Origin: a virus
DNA: 64,000 nucleotides
Reading direction: 5' to 3' (one strand)
IMG/VR virus record: IMGVR_UViG_3300036800_000175
Span: 1-64,000 of that record
This document shows, in pieces, positions 1-9,353 of the stretch. Position 1 is the first letter of the stretch; the number at the start of each line of letters is the position of its first letter. A model generated the notes under the pieces. The model made no database searches and had not been told where the DNA came from. It saw only the letters and a list, made by a program, of their open reading frames with translations. The translations under genes and the position numbers were made by a program.

Positions 1-834
1 AAACTGATCTTCCTGTGGTTGCAATACCTTGAGTCGCAGTCGCTGCCCAAGGTGTTCGTGTATGGGCAGGATCAGCGGCAGGCGACCGCGATGGCCGACG
101 ACATCGCCTCAATGCGCGCGTCCGGTATTGCGGCGTTCAAACGGCCGCCGCAGGGTGAGAAAACGTTTGAACTGCTCGAATCGTCCGGGAAGGGCGCCGA
201 CCAGTTCAATGAGGCCCTGTCGTTCCTTGAAACATGGCAGACCAGCAGTGTGCTGGCCGGGTTCATTGGCTTGTCCAGCCTGGCCAGCCTCGGCCGCGGT
301 TCCCTCGCCCTGTCCCAGGATCAGTCGTCGTTCTATTTGAAAAGCCGCCAGGCGGTCAGCGCGGAAATGTGTGAGTCGTTCACCCACCAGGTCATCGCAC
401 CCCTGGTCACCCTGAATTTCGGGCCGGATGCTGCGTATCCGCGGCTGACGTCGGGGCCGCTGACCGACGACAGTGAAGCGTCACTCGTCACCCTGTTCCA
501 GGCTTTGGCGGTCGCGCCGAGCCTGCGGATCCCCGACGGGATCCTTGACCTGATCACCGAACGCCTCGCGTCGGTGCTGAACCTGGACCAGGACCTGGTC
601 ACGCAGATCATCCAGCAGGGCGCGAAGGACCGCGAAACCCAGGCCGTCGCCGCCGCCCCACCGGGCATGCCGAAACAGGCTGCGGCGGGGATCGGGCAGC
701 TCGCGGGTGCGACCGCGGCGGCGACGAAACTGGCCCGGTCCGCAGTGAAGGCGGCTGGTGGTGAGCCGTTGCCGGAGGATCTGAACGCGCCGTACACCCC
801 GCCGCCGCAGTCGGGCACCGGCCCGCCGAAGTGA
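1..834 (+). CDS. Portal protein, Mu gp29/DUF935-like, 5'-truncated by window edge
   Basis: Frame open from base 1; GSLALSQDQ..F and VIAPLVTLNFGPDAAYPRL resemble DUF935 portals; followed by a MuF-like gene. Confidence 0.75.
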   Translation, partial: KLIFLWLQYLESQSLPKVFVYGQDQRQATAMADDIASMRASGIAAFKRPPQGEKTFELLESSGKGADQFNEALSFLETWQTSSVLAGFIGLSSLASLGRGSLALSQDQSSFYLKSRQAVSAEMCESFTHQVIAPLVTLNFGPDAAYPRLTSGPLTDDSEASLVTLFQALAVAPSLRIPDGILDLITERLASVLNLDQDLVTQIIQQGAKDRETQAVAAAPPGMPKQAAAGIGQLAGATAAATKLARSAVKAAGGEPLPEDLNAPYTPPPQSGTGPPK

Positions 835-1025
835 CCGGCCCGGCAGCTACCCTGTACAGCCCGTCGCGGGCGTTGTGGATCACGATCCGGGCCCGGTTCG
901 CGGACTGGCGGCGGCGCACAAGGGCACGGGGGTCCGGTCCGCAGGGCAACCGGGGTAACTGGCCGCCGAGCTGACGCCTGAGAGACGGCCAGCCCCCTTC
1001 GCTGCCCACCGGAGGGAGGTGAGGA

Positions 1026-1184
1026 ATGGGCAACATCACGGTTGGCCGCTATGCGGATCCCGCATCAGCCGGCTATCAGGGGTGGCTGGAACCAGACGGC
1101 AAGTCGTGGATCATGTTCGTTGACCGCGACGGCAGGCCGGTCGTCTTCCTGGATCGCGACCCGGCAACGGGCGCAGTCAGGTAG
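1026..1184 (+). CDS. 52-aa hypothetical protein (MGNITVGRYADP...), below ORF-track cutoff
   Basis: Strong RBS GGAGGTGAGG before ATG; protein-like composition. Confidence 0.65.
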   Translation: MGNITVGRYADPASAGYQGWLEPDGKSWIMFVDRDGRPVVFLDRDPATGAVR

Positions 1185-1245
1185 CCAGTAGCGGGCTGCG
1201 GGATGAGCAGCCCCACCCCTAGACCGTGATCATGGGGGGGCAGTT

Positions 1246-1911
1246 GTGACCACCACTGCCACCGCAACCCAGCCGGCGCAACCCGGGCAGGCTCAGCAGC
1301 CCCCCGACGACAGCCACCTGATCGCTGTCATCGTCTCAGCACTGCTGGCGTACTGGACGGTGGCTGAGGTCACCCGGGCGCTCAGGGCGCCGCTCAAAGC
1401 CGCGGGGATCGGCACCATGGCGATCGCGGCCGCGGCCGGGCTCATGCTGGCGTGGCCGGCGGAGTCGATGGAAGGCACCGGGCCCGCCTCGAGGTGGGTG
1501 GTGCGGCAGAACATGCTCCGCCGCGGCTCGTTTTTCCTCAACGCCGCGAGGCGGACCCAGGTCGCGATCAGCCAGGCGCGTGCGCACGGCCAGCCGGTCA
1601 AAGCCGCAGCCGCGCAGGCGATCGCGAACGAGCGCAGATGGTTCGGGCAGCATGTCGCGGCGTCGGCGGCCCGCGCGCAGGTCGGCTCCGCCGTCGACGG
1701 TATCGCCTCGCAGCACGGTGGCCTGGCCGGCTGGCAGGCAGTCAACGACCGCAAGACGACGGCGGGCTGCCGTCGTGCGTCCGGTAAGAACTTCCGGGCG
1801 GACCGGCCGCCGATCGTGGAAGGCCGGCCGTCGTTCCCGGGCGCGGTGCATGGTGCGACGTGCCGGTGTTACCCGGTGCCGCCGTTCAGGGACGCGCCGG
1901 TGATGGACTAG
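1246..1911 (+). CDS. MuF/SPP1 gp7-like minor head morphogenesis protein
   Basis: WQAVNDRKTTAGC and PGAVHGATCRC (HPxCRC-like); follows portal. Confidence 0.75.
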   Translation: MTTTATATQPAQPGQAQQPPDDSHLIAVIVSALLAYWTVAEVTRALRAPLKAAGIGTMAIAAAAGLMLAWPAESMEGTGPASRWVVRQNMLRRGSFFLNAARRTQVAISQARAHGQPVKAAAAQAIANERRWFGQHVAASAARAQVGSAVDGIASQHGGLAGWQAVNDRKTTAGCRRASGKNFRADRPPIVEGRPSFPGAVHGATCRCYPVPPFRDAPVMD

Positions 1912-2207
1912 GGCGCGGCCCATGTCACGATGAGCGCATACCCAGCTGCCCCGTCGCCCGCCTTGACGTGCCCGAACGCTGCGCCCCGGCCGCCCTGCCC
2001 GATGGTGACCTCTACCCGTTCCGGCAGCTGGCCCGGCTCGAATGAGCCTGAGTGCAGGCCGCCGTCTTCCCCGTCGCGGCCTGTTTCCCCGATGCCTACC
2101 GTGCCGCCTCCGCCGCCTGGGCGGATGAGGTAGTCCACGCGGACCGCGCCCGGCGGCTTGATCCACGTACCGGACTGGGCGAAATACTGGATGTCTGGCT
2201 CACTCAT
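1908..2207 (-). CDS. Stand-alone glycine-rich domain protein
   Basis: YFAQSGTWIKPPGA..GGGGG..VTIGQGG..GAAGYALIV; same pattern as the Gly-rich modules of the tail protein at 34428. Confidence 0.65.
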   Translation of the reverse strand: MSEPDIQYFAQSGTWIKPPGAVRVDYLIRPGGGGGTVGIGETGRDGEDGGLHSGSFEPGQLPERVEVTIGQGGRGAAFGHVKAGDGAAGYALIVTWAAP

Positions 2208-2526
2208 GGCCGCCAGTATCCCGGGTCAGTTCGTCGTCTGGCAGATCATTGCCGGCCGCGGCCGCCGCATCGACCGCGGTGAGCATGAGGATGATGACGG
2301 CGGCGTGGCCGCGGATCACCCGCTGGGCCAGGATGTTCATCACGGCCAGGACGATGACGACGGCGAGGTCGGTGATCAGTTCCAGGCGGTCTAGCGGCGG
2401 CCGGAACGCCAGTTGCCAGACGGCGACACCGGCGCTGAGGGCGATGATCGCGGCGCAGCCGCGGATCACCCACCGGCCCAGCTGGATCGCCCCGGTTGTC
2501 AGGTGCCTGCGGGTAGGTGCGGTCAC
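2200..2526 (-). CDS. Small membrane protein
   Basis: Two or three hydrophobic segments; overlaps next leftward gene. Confidence 0.45.
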   Translation of the reverse strand: MTAPTRRHLTTGAIQLGRWVIRGCAAIIALSAGVAVWQLAFRPPLDRLELITDLAVVIVLAVMNILAQRVIRGHAAVIILMLTAVDAAAAAGNDLPDDELTRDTGGHE

Positions 2527-2527
2527 G

Positions 2528-2887
2528 ATGGGCCATCCTCCCACCACTGCACCTAGCGTGCGTGTACCATCACCGACCGTGAGACTAGGAAGAGGCGGCG
2601 GCAGCGGCCGACACCGCCGCGACCCCATCGACACCCCCGGCGGTGAAGCACCCCGCGGTGTCCGCATCCTGCACCCCGACGGGACCGAATCCGCGTGCGA
2701 CGTGATCCGCGCACCCGAAGACACCCCCGACGGGCTCGCCCTCTGGTACGTCGTCCCACCCGACGGCGTCAAGTTCAACCCTGGCAACGGCGACCGGCTG
2801 GCCGTCGCGGTACTGACACCCCACACCGCGATCGCATTCGACGCGATCGCCGCCCTCGTGACGGCACCACCCGCGGACCTGAACTAG
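2528..2887 (+). CDS. Hypothetical protein (start uncertain)
   Basis: Globular C-terminal part of ORF 2249..2887; abuts next gene. Confidence 0.5.
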   Translation: MGHPPTTAPSVRVPSPTVRLGRGGGSGRHRRDPIDTPGGEAPRGVRILHPDGTESACDVIRAPEDTPDGLALWYVVPPDGVKFNPGNGDRLAVAVLTPHTAIAFDAIAALVTAPPADLN

Positions 2888-3070
2888 ATGAACTGGGCGC
2901 TGTACGCCGTCGCCGGCGTGCTCGCGATCTCAACCCTGATCGTCATCGCGCACACAGGTAAGACACCAGCCGACCCGGCGAAACCCGGCGGCGGCCAGGC
3001 CGCCATGATCACCATCGTGAACGCCGCGATGATCGTCGTCGTGGTCATGGCCGCGATCCGGCTCAGCTGA
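2888..3070 (+). CDS. Small two-TM membrane protein
   Basis: Two hydrophobic helices. Confidence 0.6.
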   Translation: MNWALYAVAGVLAISTLIVIAHTGKTPADPAKPGGGQAAMITIVNAAMIVVVVMAAIRLS

Positions 3071-3074
3071 CCAC

Positions 3075-3332
3075 ATGGCCGATAACGAGACCGGCCGGTT
3101 CTGCACCCTGACCGGGACGACCGATAACGAGATCGACCTGACCGGCGCGATGACGCCCGCGCTAGCGGCCGACGACCTGCTCTACGGCGTGCGCCAGGCG
3201 GCCGAGCACGGTGAGGTCACCTGGGTCAGCAAGGACGGCGAGCGGATCGGCGCGATCGTCCCCGCCGGCGTCGCAGAGTTCGCGCAGGCACCGAACGGCT
3301 GGCACAGCACCCATCGCCGCGGCGAGCACTAA
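3075..3332 (+). CDS. Phd/YefM-like antitoxin-domain protein
   Basis: VRQAAEHGEVTWVSKDGERIGAIVP resembles the Phd core (v.r.e.GE.v.it..G.pvAvlvp). Confidence 0.55.
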   Translation: MADNETGRFCTLTGTTDNEIDLTGAMTPALAADDLLYGVRQAAEHGEVTWVSKDGERIGAIVPAGVAEFAQAPNGWHSTHRRGEH

Positions 3333-3664
3333 CTGACTAGCGGTTCCGTCGCCGCGAGGACCATGCCGGTCAGGATCAGCGCCCACGCGGTCGCCTCATC
3401 CGGCAGTTCATCGGTGCCCGGCGGCAACGCCACCTCCGCAGCCGGGCCGTAGCCCGCCGCGGCGAGCTCACCGATCAGGGCCTGCGGGTCGCTTCCGCAG
3501 CCGACACACGTCCGCCCGGACCCGTACTCACCGGCGAGCGCCGTGTTCCCATCCCGGGCGATGCACGGCGTCATGTCCGATTTGGCGTACGGGCACGCCA
3601 CATGAGCATGGTCGTCGTCGTACCGGCCGAACCCGGCTATCCCTCGCACCATCCGGCTGATCAT
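3329..3664 (-). CDS. Hypothetical Cys/His protein
   Basis: HVACP..C..CVGC. Confidence 0.5.
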   Translation of the reverse strand: MISRMVRGIAGFGRYDDDHAHVACPYAKSDMTPCIARDGNTALAGEYGSGRTCVGCGSDPQALIGELAAAGYGPAAEVALPPGTDELPDEATAWALILTGMVLAATEPLVS

Positions 3665-3681
3665 AGGGCAGGTGGGCCACG

Positions 3682-4092
3682 GTGGGTGACCCGGTCGCTA
3701 CAACCACCCCGCCACCCGCCGCATCCATCGCCGCGAAGGTGCGGGCGCAACTCGCCGGTGACTTCCCACCCGGTGCCCTCGCATGGCTGGACGACCTGAC
3801 ATGGCGCGGGCCCGCGCTGGTGCCGCTCCGCTCACTCGACTACACCAACGCGGGCCGCTGGGCGGCGTCGAAGGACCCGGCGAAACTCGCCCGGTTCGTG
3901 TCCCGGATCCGCGCCGGCTGGCGGAAACCCGCCGTCCTCATCCACACCCCCGACGGCCGGCTGACCCCCGTCGACGGGCACACGAGGCTGCTGGCATGCC
4001 GGCAGCTGCATGTGCCGGTCCCAGCGTGGATCGGCTACGCCAGCGTCAATCACGGTCCGTGGGAACGGGCTCACGCCCGGCAGAATCCCTGA
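3682..4092 (+). CDS. ParB/sulfiredoxin-like N-terminal domain protein
   Basis: KPAVLI..DGRLTPVDGHTRLLA. Confidence 0.75.
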   Translation: MGDPVATTTPPPAASIAAKVRAQLAGDFPPGALAWLDDLTWRGPALVPLRSLDYTNAGRWAASKDPAKLARFVSRIRAGWRKPAVLIHTPDGRLTPVDGHTRLLACRQLHVPVPAWIGYASVNHGPWERAHARQNP

Positions 4093-4381
4093 CCGCCCGG
4101 CGCCGCTGGCCCGTGAGCCATCCGGCGAGCGTGAACCCGCATGAGGATGCCGCGAACCCGAACGAGGCAGCACCCGGTGCGTGCCACATGGCGATCAGGC
4201 CGGCGATGAGCGGCACCACGGCGATCACGGCGCATCGCCACCAGGCGCGGCCGATCACGTACAGCCGTTCCGCCGCTGTGAAGTAGGCGGGCAGAGGCAG
4301 CCACAGGCGGATCACCAGCAGCGCGGCCAGGAACCCGGCGGCCACGGCGGCGAGCTCAACAGCAAACCATCCTCCGGTCAT
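4046..4381 (-). CDS. Membrane protein
   Basis: Three hydrophobic segments. Confidence 0.5.
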   Translation of the reverse strand: MTGGWFAVELAAVAAGFLAALLVIRLWLPLPAYFTAAERLYVIGRAWWRCAVIAVVPLIAGLIAMWHAPGAASFGFAASSCGFTLAGWLTGQRRRAVRDSAGREPVPTDRD

Positions 4382-4411
4382 GATCCGATCTTGCCATTGC
4401 GGAGGGTGATC

Positions 4412-4849
4412 GTGGGTGAACAAGCAGTGCTGTACCAGGCCGCGCCGTTCCCCCACGGCCTCATGCGCCTGACCGAAGCGCTCCGGTACAAAGACGGCTG
4501 GCGGTTCGCCCTGGCCGACATTGACCGCGGCCAAGGCTCCGAGGGGCTGACGCTGGTCATCACGATCACCTGCCCCGACTCCTACCACCCCGACCAGATG
4601 ACGTCGGTCGTGCATTACATGCCGGTCCCGCCCGCCGCGTTCGATGACCGCTCATGGCGCCGCTGGCTGTTCGACCAGATCAGCGACGTTGAGACCCATG
4701 AGCGGTGCGAGTTCTTCCAGATCGACGGTGAGCGTCCCTTTGCTCCGAGCCACGGACACGGCCAAAATCCTTACCTGGTCAGGGAACTGGGCACTGAGGA
4801 AGATCGGCGCATGTCGTTCCGCGGCGAACTGAACCCGGCGCCGGGATGA
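4412..4849 (+). CDS. Hypothetical protein, paralog of 26497..26928
   Basis: RBS GGAGGG; WRRWL..QI..VETHE.CEFFQ.DG.RPF.P.HG shared with the paralog. Confidence 0.75.
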   Translation: MGEQAVLYQAAPFPHGLMRLTEALRYKDGWRFALADIDRGQGSEGLTLVITITCPDSYHPDQMTSVVHYMPVPPAAFDDRSWRRWLFDQISDVETHERCEFFQIDGERPFAPSHGHGQNPYLVRELGTEEDRRMSFRGELNPAPG

Positions 4850-5160
4850 TCGGCCGCCGCGTCCCCACCATCGGCGGGATCGAACAGCCAGGCGACTACT
4901 GCGGCCCCATCACCGGCTACACCGGCGACCTCGAGGCGTGTTTCTTCCTCAAACCCAACGCCCGCGACACCGACGCCACCGCCGGGGCGCGCAGCATCCA
5001 GCATGTCTGTTTCCCCCCGCACACCTACCGGGAATGCGCCGACGGGTCGCTTGAGATACGCCCGTCGATCAGCAACCTGACCGCCGGTGACATGGACGGA
5101 TCCAGCGACGACGGCTGGCACGGCTGGCTGGATGAGGGGCACATCTGGCGGCTCGCGTGA
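4846..5160 (+). CDS. DUF6527-like hypothetical protein
   Basis: DGSLEIRPSI ... WHGWLDEG.W; overlapping start/stop on both sides. Confidence 0.55.
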   Translation: MIGRRVPTIGGIEQPGDYCGPITGYTGDLEACFFLKPNARDTDATAGARSIQHVCFPPHTYRECADGSLEIRPSISNLTAGDMDGSSDDGWHGWLDEGHIWRLA

Positions 5161-7886
5161 GCGCAGTCGCGGGCTGGGAGCATGAGGCGCGCGGGCCGGG
5201 CGGCAAGTGGATAGAGCTGTACCACGGGACGACGTCAGCGAAGGCCGTCAGCATCAAGGCGAGCGGCATGACGGCCAGCAGGTACAGCCACTACAACAGC
5301 ACGCTCACGGTCAGGAAAGACGAAGCGGGCTACTTCGCCGGCGCTCACGGGGCGGTGGTCACCGTGCGGATTCCGGCGGATCAGATGGACGAGTACACCG
5401 AGGGCAACTCACAGGGCCTGGTGTCGCTGCGGAAACCGTTGCCGCCCAGCATGATCCACAAGGTGGACCACATGGATCCGCGCGATGCCAGACTGGCCCG
5501 GCCGGCCTCTCGCCGGATGATTGACCTGGTCGGCCCGCGCGGCTACGTGCATGGCTGGATCAAGGTCGGGGCCGGCGGCGAGCTCCCCCAAGGCCAGCCG
5601 GACGTCCGCGCCGCGAACGCCGCCCTCGCCAAAACCGGGGTACTCAAGAGGGCCACGCGGCAAAACATGAGCGTCGGCGGTGGCCTGGCCGTCGCGGGCG
5701 GCTCGAGCGACACGGAGCGGCCGGTCGCGGACGCCCTGACCGGCGCCACCCAGACCGGCAAGGACCACTACGTCATCCCGACCGCGATGGGCCTGGCCGC
5801 GACCCGGTCCAAGAGCGACACGACGTCAATGTCCGGGTACATCCAGGTCACCCCCGCCGGTGACGTGACGAAGATGGAACGCCCTAGCTTCGGCAAGCCT
5901 GCTGTGCCGGTCGCCCGCCTCTCAGACCACACCGTCGCCAGCGTCCTTGACCGGCAGCTGTCGAAGACGGTGAAAGCGCAGCCGCGCACCACCGCACCCA
6001 AGGCTGCGGTGAAGGATCCGGACGTGGTCCCGCGCAGCGCAGTCGCCCGCCTGGTCAAGGACATGAAGGCCAACCCGGCCCTGCTGACCCCGGAGTACAA
6101 GGCGCGGGCCAAGACGGTCGCGGGGAAGTCCGGCGCATCGGACCTGATTCCGTCGGACTGGGCCGGCGATCAGCCCGCGCTCGAGTTGTCCGCTCAGACC
6201 GCACGGCTGGCCAGCACCCCCGCGCCAGCAGGGAAACCCGGCGGGCCGGGCCTGTACCGCGTCAAAGGCATGGAACTCCCGCCGTACTTCCAGAACGTCC
6301 GGAACGCGCTGATCCGGTCCGGGCATCCGCCCGCGGAGGCGTACCAGATCACTTGGGGTGCGATCCGCCGCTGGGCACGCGGCGGCGGCAAGGCACACCC
6401 CGAAGTCGTCGCGGCCGCGAGGGCTGCGCTCGCCGCGCTGGCCGCTGATTCGGCTCGTGCCCACGCTCACTCCAACCCCGCGCGGGAGGCGATCACGTTG
6501 GCTAAAGTCGCCACCGGCGCGCAGGTGAACATTGCGACGGGCGCGACGGGGCCGCTGTCCCGCCCGCCCTCGAGCGGCGGCAAGGGCGCCGGTGGTGGCG
6601 GGTCGGGGTTCGATTCGCTGCATCCGCGGGTCGGCGCCGGGAACACGGGCGGTGGCCGGTTCGCCAAGAAAGGCTCCGGCACCACCGCAGCGTCCGGGTC
6701 GTCTGCGAAGACAGCCAAGGCCAAGACGGCTGCGAAGCCGAAGGCTGCCGGGAAGACGGCCGCCAAGACTGCGGCAGCACCGGCGGCGGGCAAGGCGACG
6801 ACGCCGAAGATGAACGCCACCCCGGCCAAACCGAAAACCCCGGCGAAGGCGAAGGCTGCACCGAAGCCAGCGCCGAAGCCGACGGGCCGCGCGGCGAAGC
6901 TACAGCAGAAAACCCAACTCCAAACCCAGGCCAGGAACGACCGGGCCAAAGCGAAAGCGATCAACGTCCAGATCGCGCAGCTGACCGCCGCGATCCACAC
7001 CGCCGTCAAAGCCGCCGCCGCATCCACAGCGTCCACCGCAGCCACGAAAACCGCTGCCACCGCCGCGAAAACAGCAGCCGCGACCACCACCGCGGCCGCT
7101 AAAACCGCTGCGACCGCGGCGACGACCACGGCGACGACGACCGCGTCCACGACCGCGAAGACAACATCGTCGGTGCCGGCGATGCGCGCCAAACGCGCCG
7201 GCCTGCGAGTCCAGGCACACACCCTGGTCGTCCGGGCGAACACGCTGGACAAGCAGGCCGCCGCGATCCACCTCACCGCCGCCGGGCCCGCCGCAGCGCT
7301 CGAGCTCGCGGGCGCGGCGCCGTTCCGTGAGGAACTCGCCCGCCGGGTGCCGGCCGGGAAACCGGGTGGTGGCCGGTTCGCTGAGCCGGCTGACCGGCTG
7401 ACCCGGCATGCGACCCCGGATCAGACCGCCGTGGCGGTCAACCGGCTCGCCCCGGATCAGCGTGCGGTGTGCCGGGCGACGGTACTGCCACCACCGGGTT
7501 ATGAGTGGGGCGGCACGGACCGGCTCATCCCCACGTCCGGCGCTGATCTGGCCGGCTCAGCGCGGGCGATCGAGCTGGTCGGCCCAAAAGGCTATATCCA
7601 CGGCTGGATCCGCCCCGGCGGGCCAGCACCGCCGACACCGGCGGCGAAGAAACCCGCGACGGTCGGGCATGTCGTCAAGGCGCACAGCCAGTCCACCGCG
7701 TACACCGACGCGAAGTTCGCTGAGCTGGAAACGCAGATCGGCGCCCTGCACAAGCAGATGGCGGACATGCAAGACAGCAAGGAAACCCACGACGCGAAAC
7801 TGAAAATCGCGTCGCACATCGGGGTGGCCGCTGCTGGCGGGATCCTGTCCTGTCCGTCGGGACTCAGGAAGCCATCGACTTCGTGA
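5157..7886 (+). CDS. 909-aa modular head-associated protein: N-terminal H-type ADP-ribosyltransferase-like domain, GPxGYxHGW motifs, Ala/Lys/Thr-rich linkers
   Basis: ELYHGT..SIKASGM; IDLVGPRGYVHGW and IELVGPKGYIHGW; HPR..GGRF motifs; C-terminus probably frameshifted near 7845. Confidence 0.7.
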   Translation: MSAVAGWEHEARGPGGKWIELYHGTTSAKAVSIKASGMTASRYSHYNSTLTVRKDEAGYFAGAHGAVVTVRIPADQMDEYTEGNSQGLVSLRKPLPPSMIHKVDHMDPRDARLARPASRRMIDLVGPRGYVHGWIKVGAGGELPQGQPDVRAANAALAKTGVLKRATRQNMSVGGGLAVAGGSSDTERPVADALTGATQTGKDHYVIPTAMGLAATRSKSDTTSMSGYIQVTPAGDVTKMERPSFGKPAVPVARLSDHTVASVLDRQLSKTVKAQPRTTAPKAAVKDPDVVPRSAVARLVKDMKANPALLTPEYKARAKTVAGKSGASDLIPSDWAGDQPALELSAQTARLASTPAPAGKPGGPGLYRVKGMELPPYFQNVRNALIRSGHPPAEAYQITWGAIRRWARGGGKAHPEVVAAARAALAALAADSARAHAHSNPAREAITLAKVATGAQVNIATGATGPLSRPPSSGGKGAGGGGSGFDSLHPRVGAGNTGGGRFAKKGSGTTAASGSSAKTAKAKTAAKPKAAGKTAAKTAAAPAAGKATTPKMNATPAKPKTPAKAKAAPKPAPKPTGRAAKLQQKTQLQTQARNDRAKAKAINVQIAQLTAAIHTAVKAAAASTASTAATKTAATAAKTAAATTTAAAKTAATAATTTATTTASTTAKTTSSVPAMRAKRAGLRVQAHTLVVRANTLDKQAAAIHLTAAGPAAALELAGAAPFREELARRVPAGKPGGGRFAEPADRLTRHATPDQTAVAVNRLAPDQRAVCRATVLPPPGYEWGGTDRLIPTSGADLAGSARAIELVGPKGYIHGWIRPGGPAPPTPAAKKPATVGHVVKAHSQSTAYTDAKFAELETQIGALHKQMADMQDSKETHDAKLKIASHIGVAAAGGILSCPSGLRKPSTS

Positions 7887-7896
7887 AGAGGCTGTG

Positions 7897-8094
7897 ATGC
7901 AACCATCTGAGCAGCCGTCTGAGATTTCACCGGACGTGATTAGTGCGGCGGTCGACGCGATGACGCAGGCGTTCATCCAGAACGGCGCTGACCCTGATGA
8001 CGCGAAGGTCGCCGCGGACTATTACGTCCGGGAAGCGATCCGGCAGAACAAGGTCCCCGGTTTCGAGACCGGCACCACCGGCCCGCCCAGCTAG
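7897..8094 (+). CDS. Small acidic protein (possible immunity/partner)
   Basis: TGATG coupling to the alternative C-terminal frame of the upstream gene. Confidence 0.55.
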   Translation: MQPSEQPSEISPDVISAAVDAMTQAFIQNGADPDDAKVAADYYVREAIRQNKVPGFETGTTGPPS

Positions 8095-8111
8095 GGAAGG
8101 CGGGTCGGCCG

Positions 8112-9353
8112 ATGATTGACCTGGTCGGCCCGAAAGGGTATGTCCACAATTGGGTGTTCGTAGGCGTTCCCGGCGCAAAGGCTGCCGCGCCCAAGGCGTC
8201 CGGCCCCGCTGCGGCGAAGGCGTCAGGGTCACTGCTGGACGCGTACAAGGGCTGGCGGGACAGCCTGACACCGGCTGAGTCCAAAGCCATGTCGTTCTAC
8301 CAGTCACCCGGGTTCGCCCTGATGAACGGCCAGTTGCGCGGCGTCGACGGTGGCCATTTGAAGGCCAGTGAGCATGCCACTGATGCGGACCTGGCCCGGG
8401 CGCGGCAGGCAAGCAAAGGCCTCGCCGGGGCCATAGCGAAAGCACCGCCGCTGCCCCGCGACACCACCGTGTACCGGGGGTTCGACGCCGGCCAGTTCGG
8501 TGACCTGACCCCCGGCAAAGTGATCACCGACAAGGGGTTCACGTCGGTGTCGGTGAACAACGACGCCGGCGCGGTCGGCCGCGCCACATCCAAGGCACAA
8601 GCGGTGATCACTCTCCCGGCGGGCACCAGGGCGGCCGCCGGATCGGTGCGTGAGCTCGTGCTGCCACCGGGATCCAGTTTCCGTGTCGTCTCCGCCCAGA
8701 AACGCGGAAAGGTGACGCATGTTCGGCTGGAACTAGTCCCGCGCGGCGGCAAGAAGCTGGCGAACCGCCGCGGCCGCGCGCTCGAGTTGACCGGCCCGAA
8801 AGGCTGGTCACACGGCTGGATCCGCGACGGCGACACGGTCACCTACACCGGCAACCTCGGCGTCGGCCGCGCCGACATGGCCCAACTGTCCGGCACCGTC
8901 GCCGGAAAGTACGTGCCGTCCGCAGCGATGATCCCGAAGTTCATCGCCCACCTGCGTGGCAAAGGCATCACGGTCACCTCGAGGCGCGCGCCGGCCGAGT
9001 CGCTGCGGGCGACGCAGACGACCGGGTCGATGCCGATGATCCGGGGCATCGCGGACGACCTGAAATCCGGCAGGCTGGCCGACACGAAACCGATCGTGAT
9101 CAGCTCTGACAACCGGGTGCTAGACGGGCATCACACCTGGGCTGGGCGGGTCCTGGCCGACTCCGAAGGCGGCCGTCCGGATCTGCCGCCGGGGATGCGG
9201 GTTGTGCAGGTCGGCATGCCGATGGCGGACCTGATCGGTGAGGCACGGCAGTTCGGCCGGGCCAGCGGTATCGCGCAACGCAAACCGGGTGAGATCGGCA
9301 ACCCGGCGTTCATGAAACCGAAGGTAGGACTAGCGGCGCGGGGGGTCGCGTGA
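8112..9353 (+). CDS. VIP2-like (R-S-E) ADP-ribosyltransferase domain fused to a ParB-like domain
   Basis: MNGQLRG, TVYRG, GFTSVS, RELVLPPG; second module PIVISSDNRVLDGHHTW; each module preceded by GPKGxxHxW. Confidence 0.8.
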   Translation: MIDLVGPKGYVHNWVFVGVPGAKAAAPKASGPAAAKASGSLLDAYKGWRDSLTPAESKAMSFYQSPGFALMNGQLRGVDGGHLKASEHATDADLARARQASKGLAGAIAKAPPLPRDTTVYRGFDAGQFGDLTPGKVITDKGFTSVSVNNDAGAVGRATSKAQAVITLPAGTRAAAGSVRELVLPPGSSFRVVSAQKRGKVTHVRLELVPRGGKKLANRRGRALELTGPKGWSHGWIRDGDTVTYTGNLGVGRADMAQLSGTVAGKYVPSAAMIPKFIAHLRGKGITVTSRRAPAESLRATQTTGSMPMIRGIADDLKSGRLADTKPIVISSDNRVLDGHHTWAGRVLADSEGGRPDLPPGMRVVQVGMPMADLIGEARQFGRASGIAQRKPGEIGNPAFMKPKVGLAARGVA

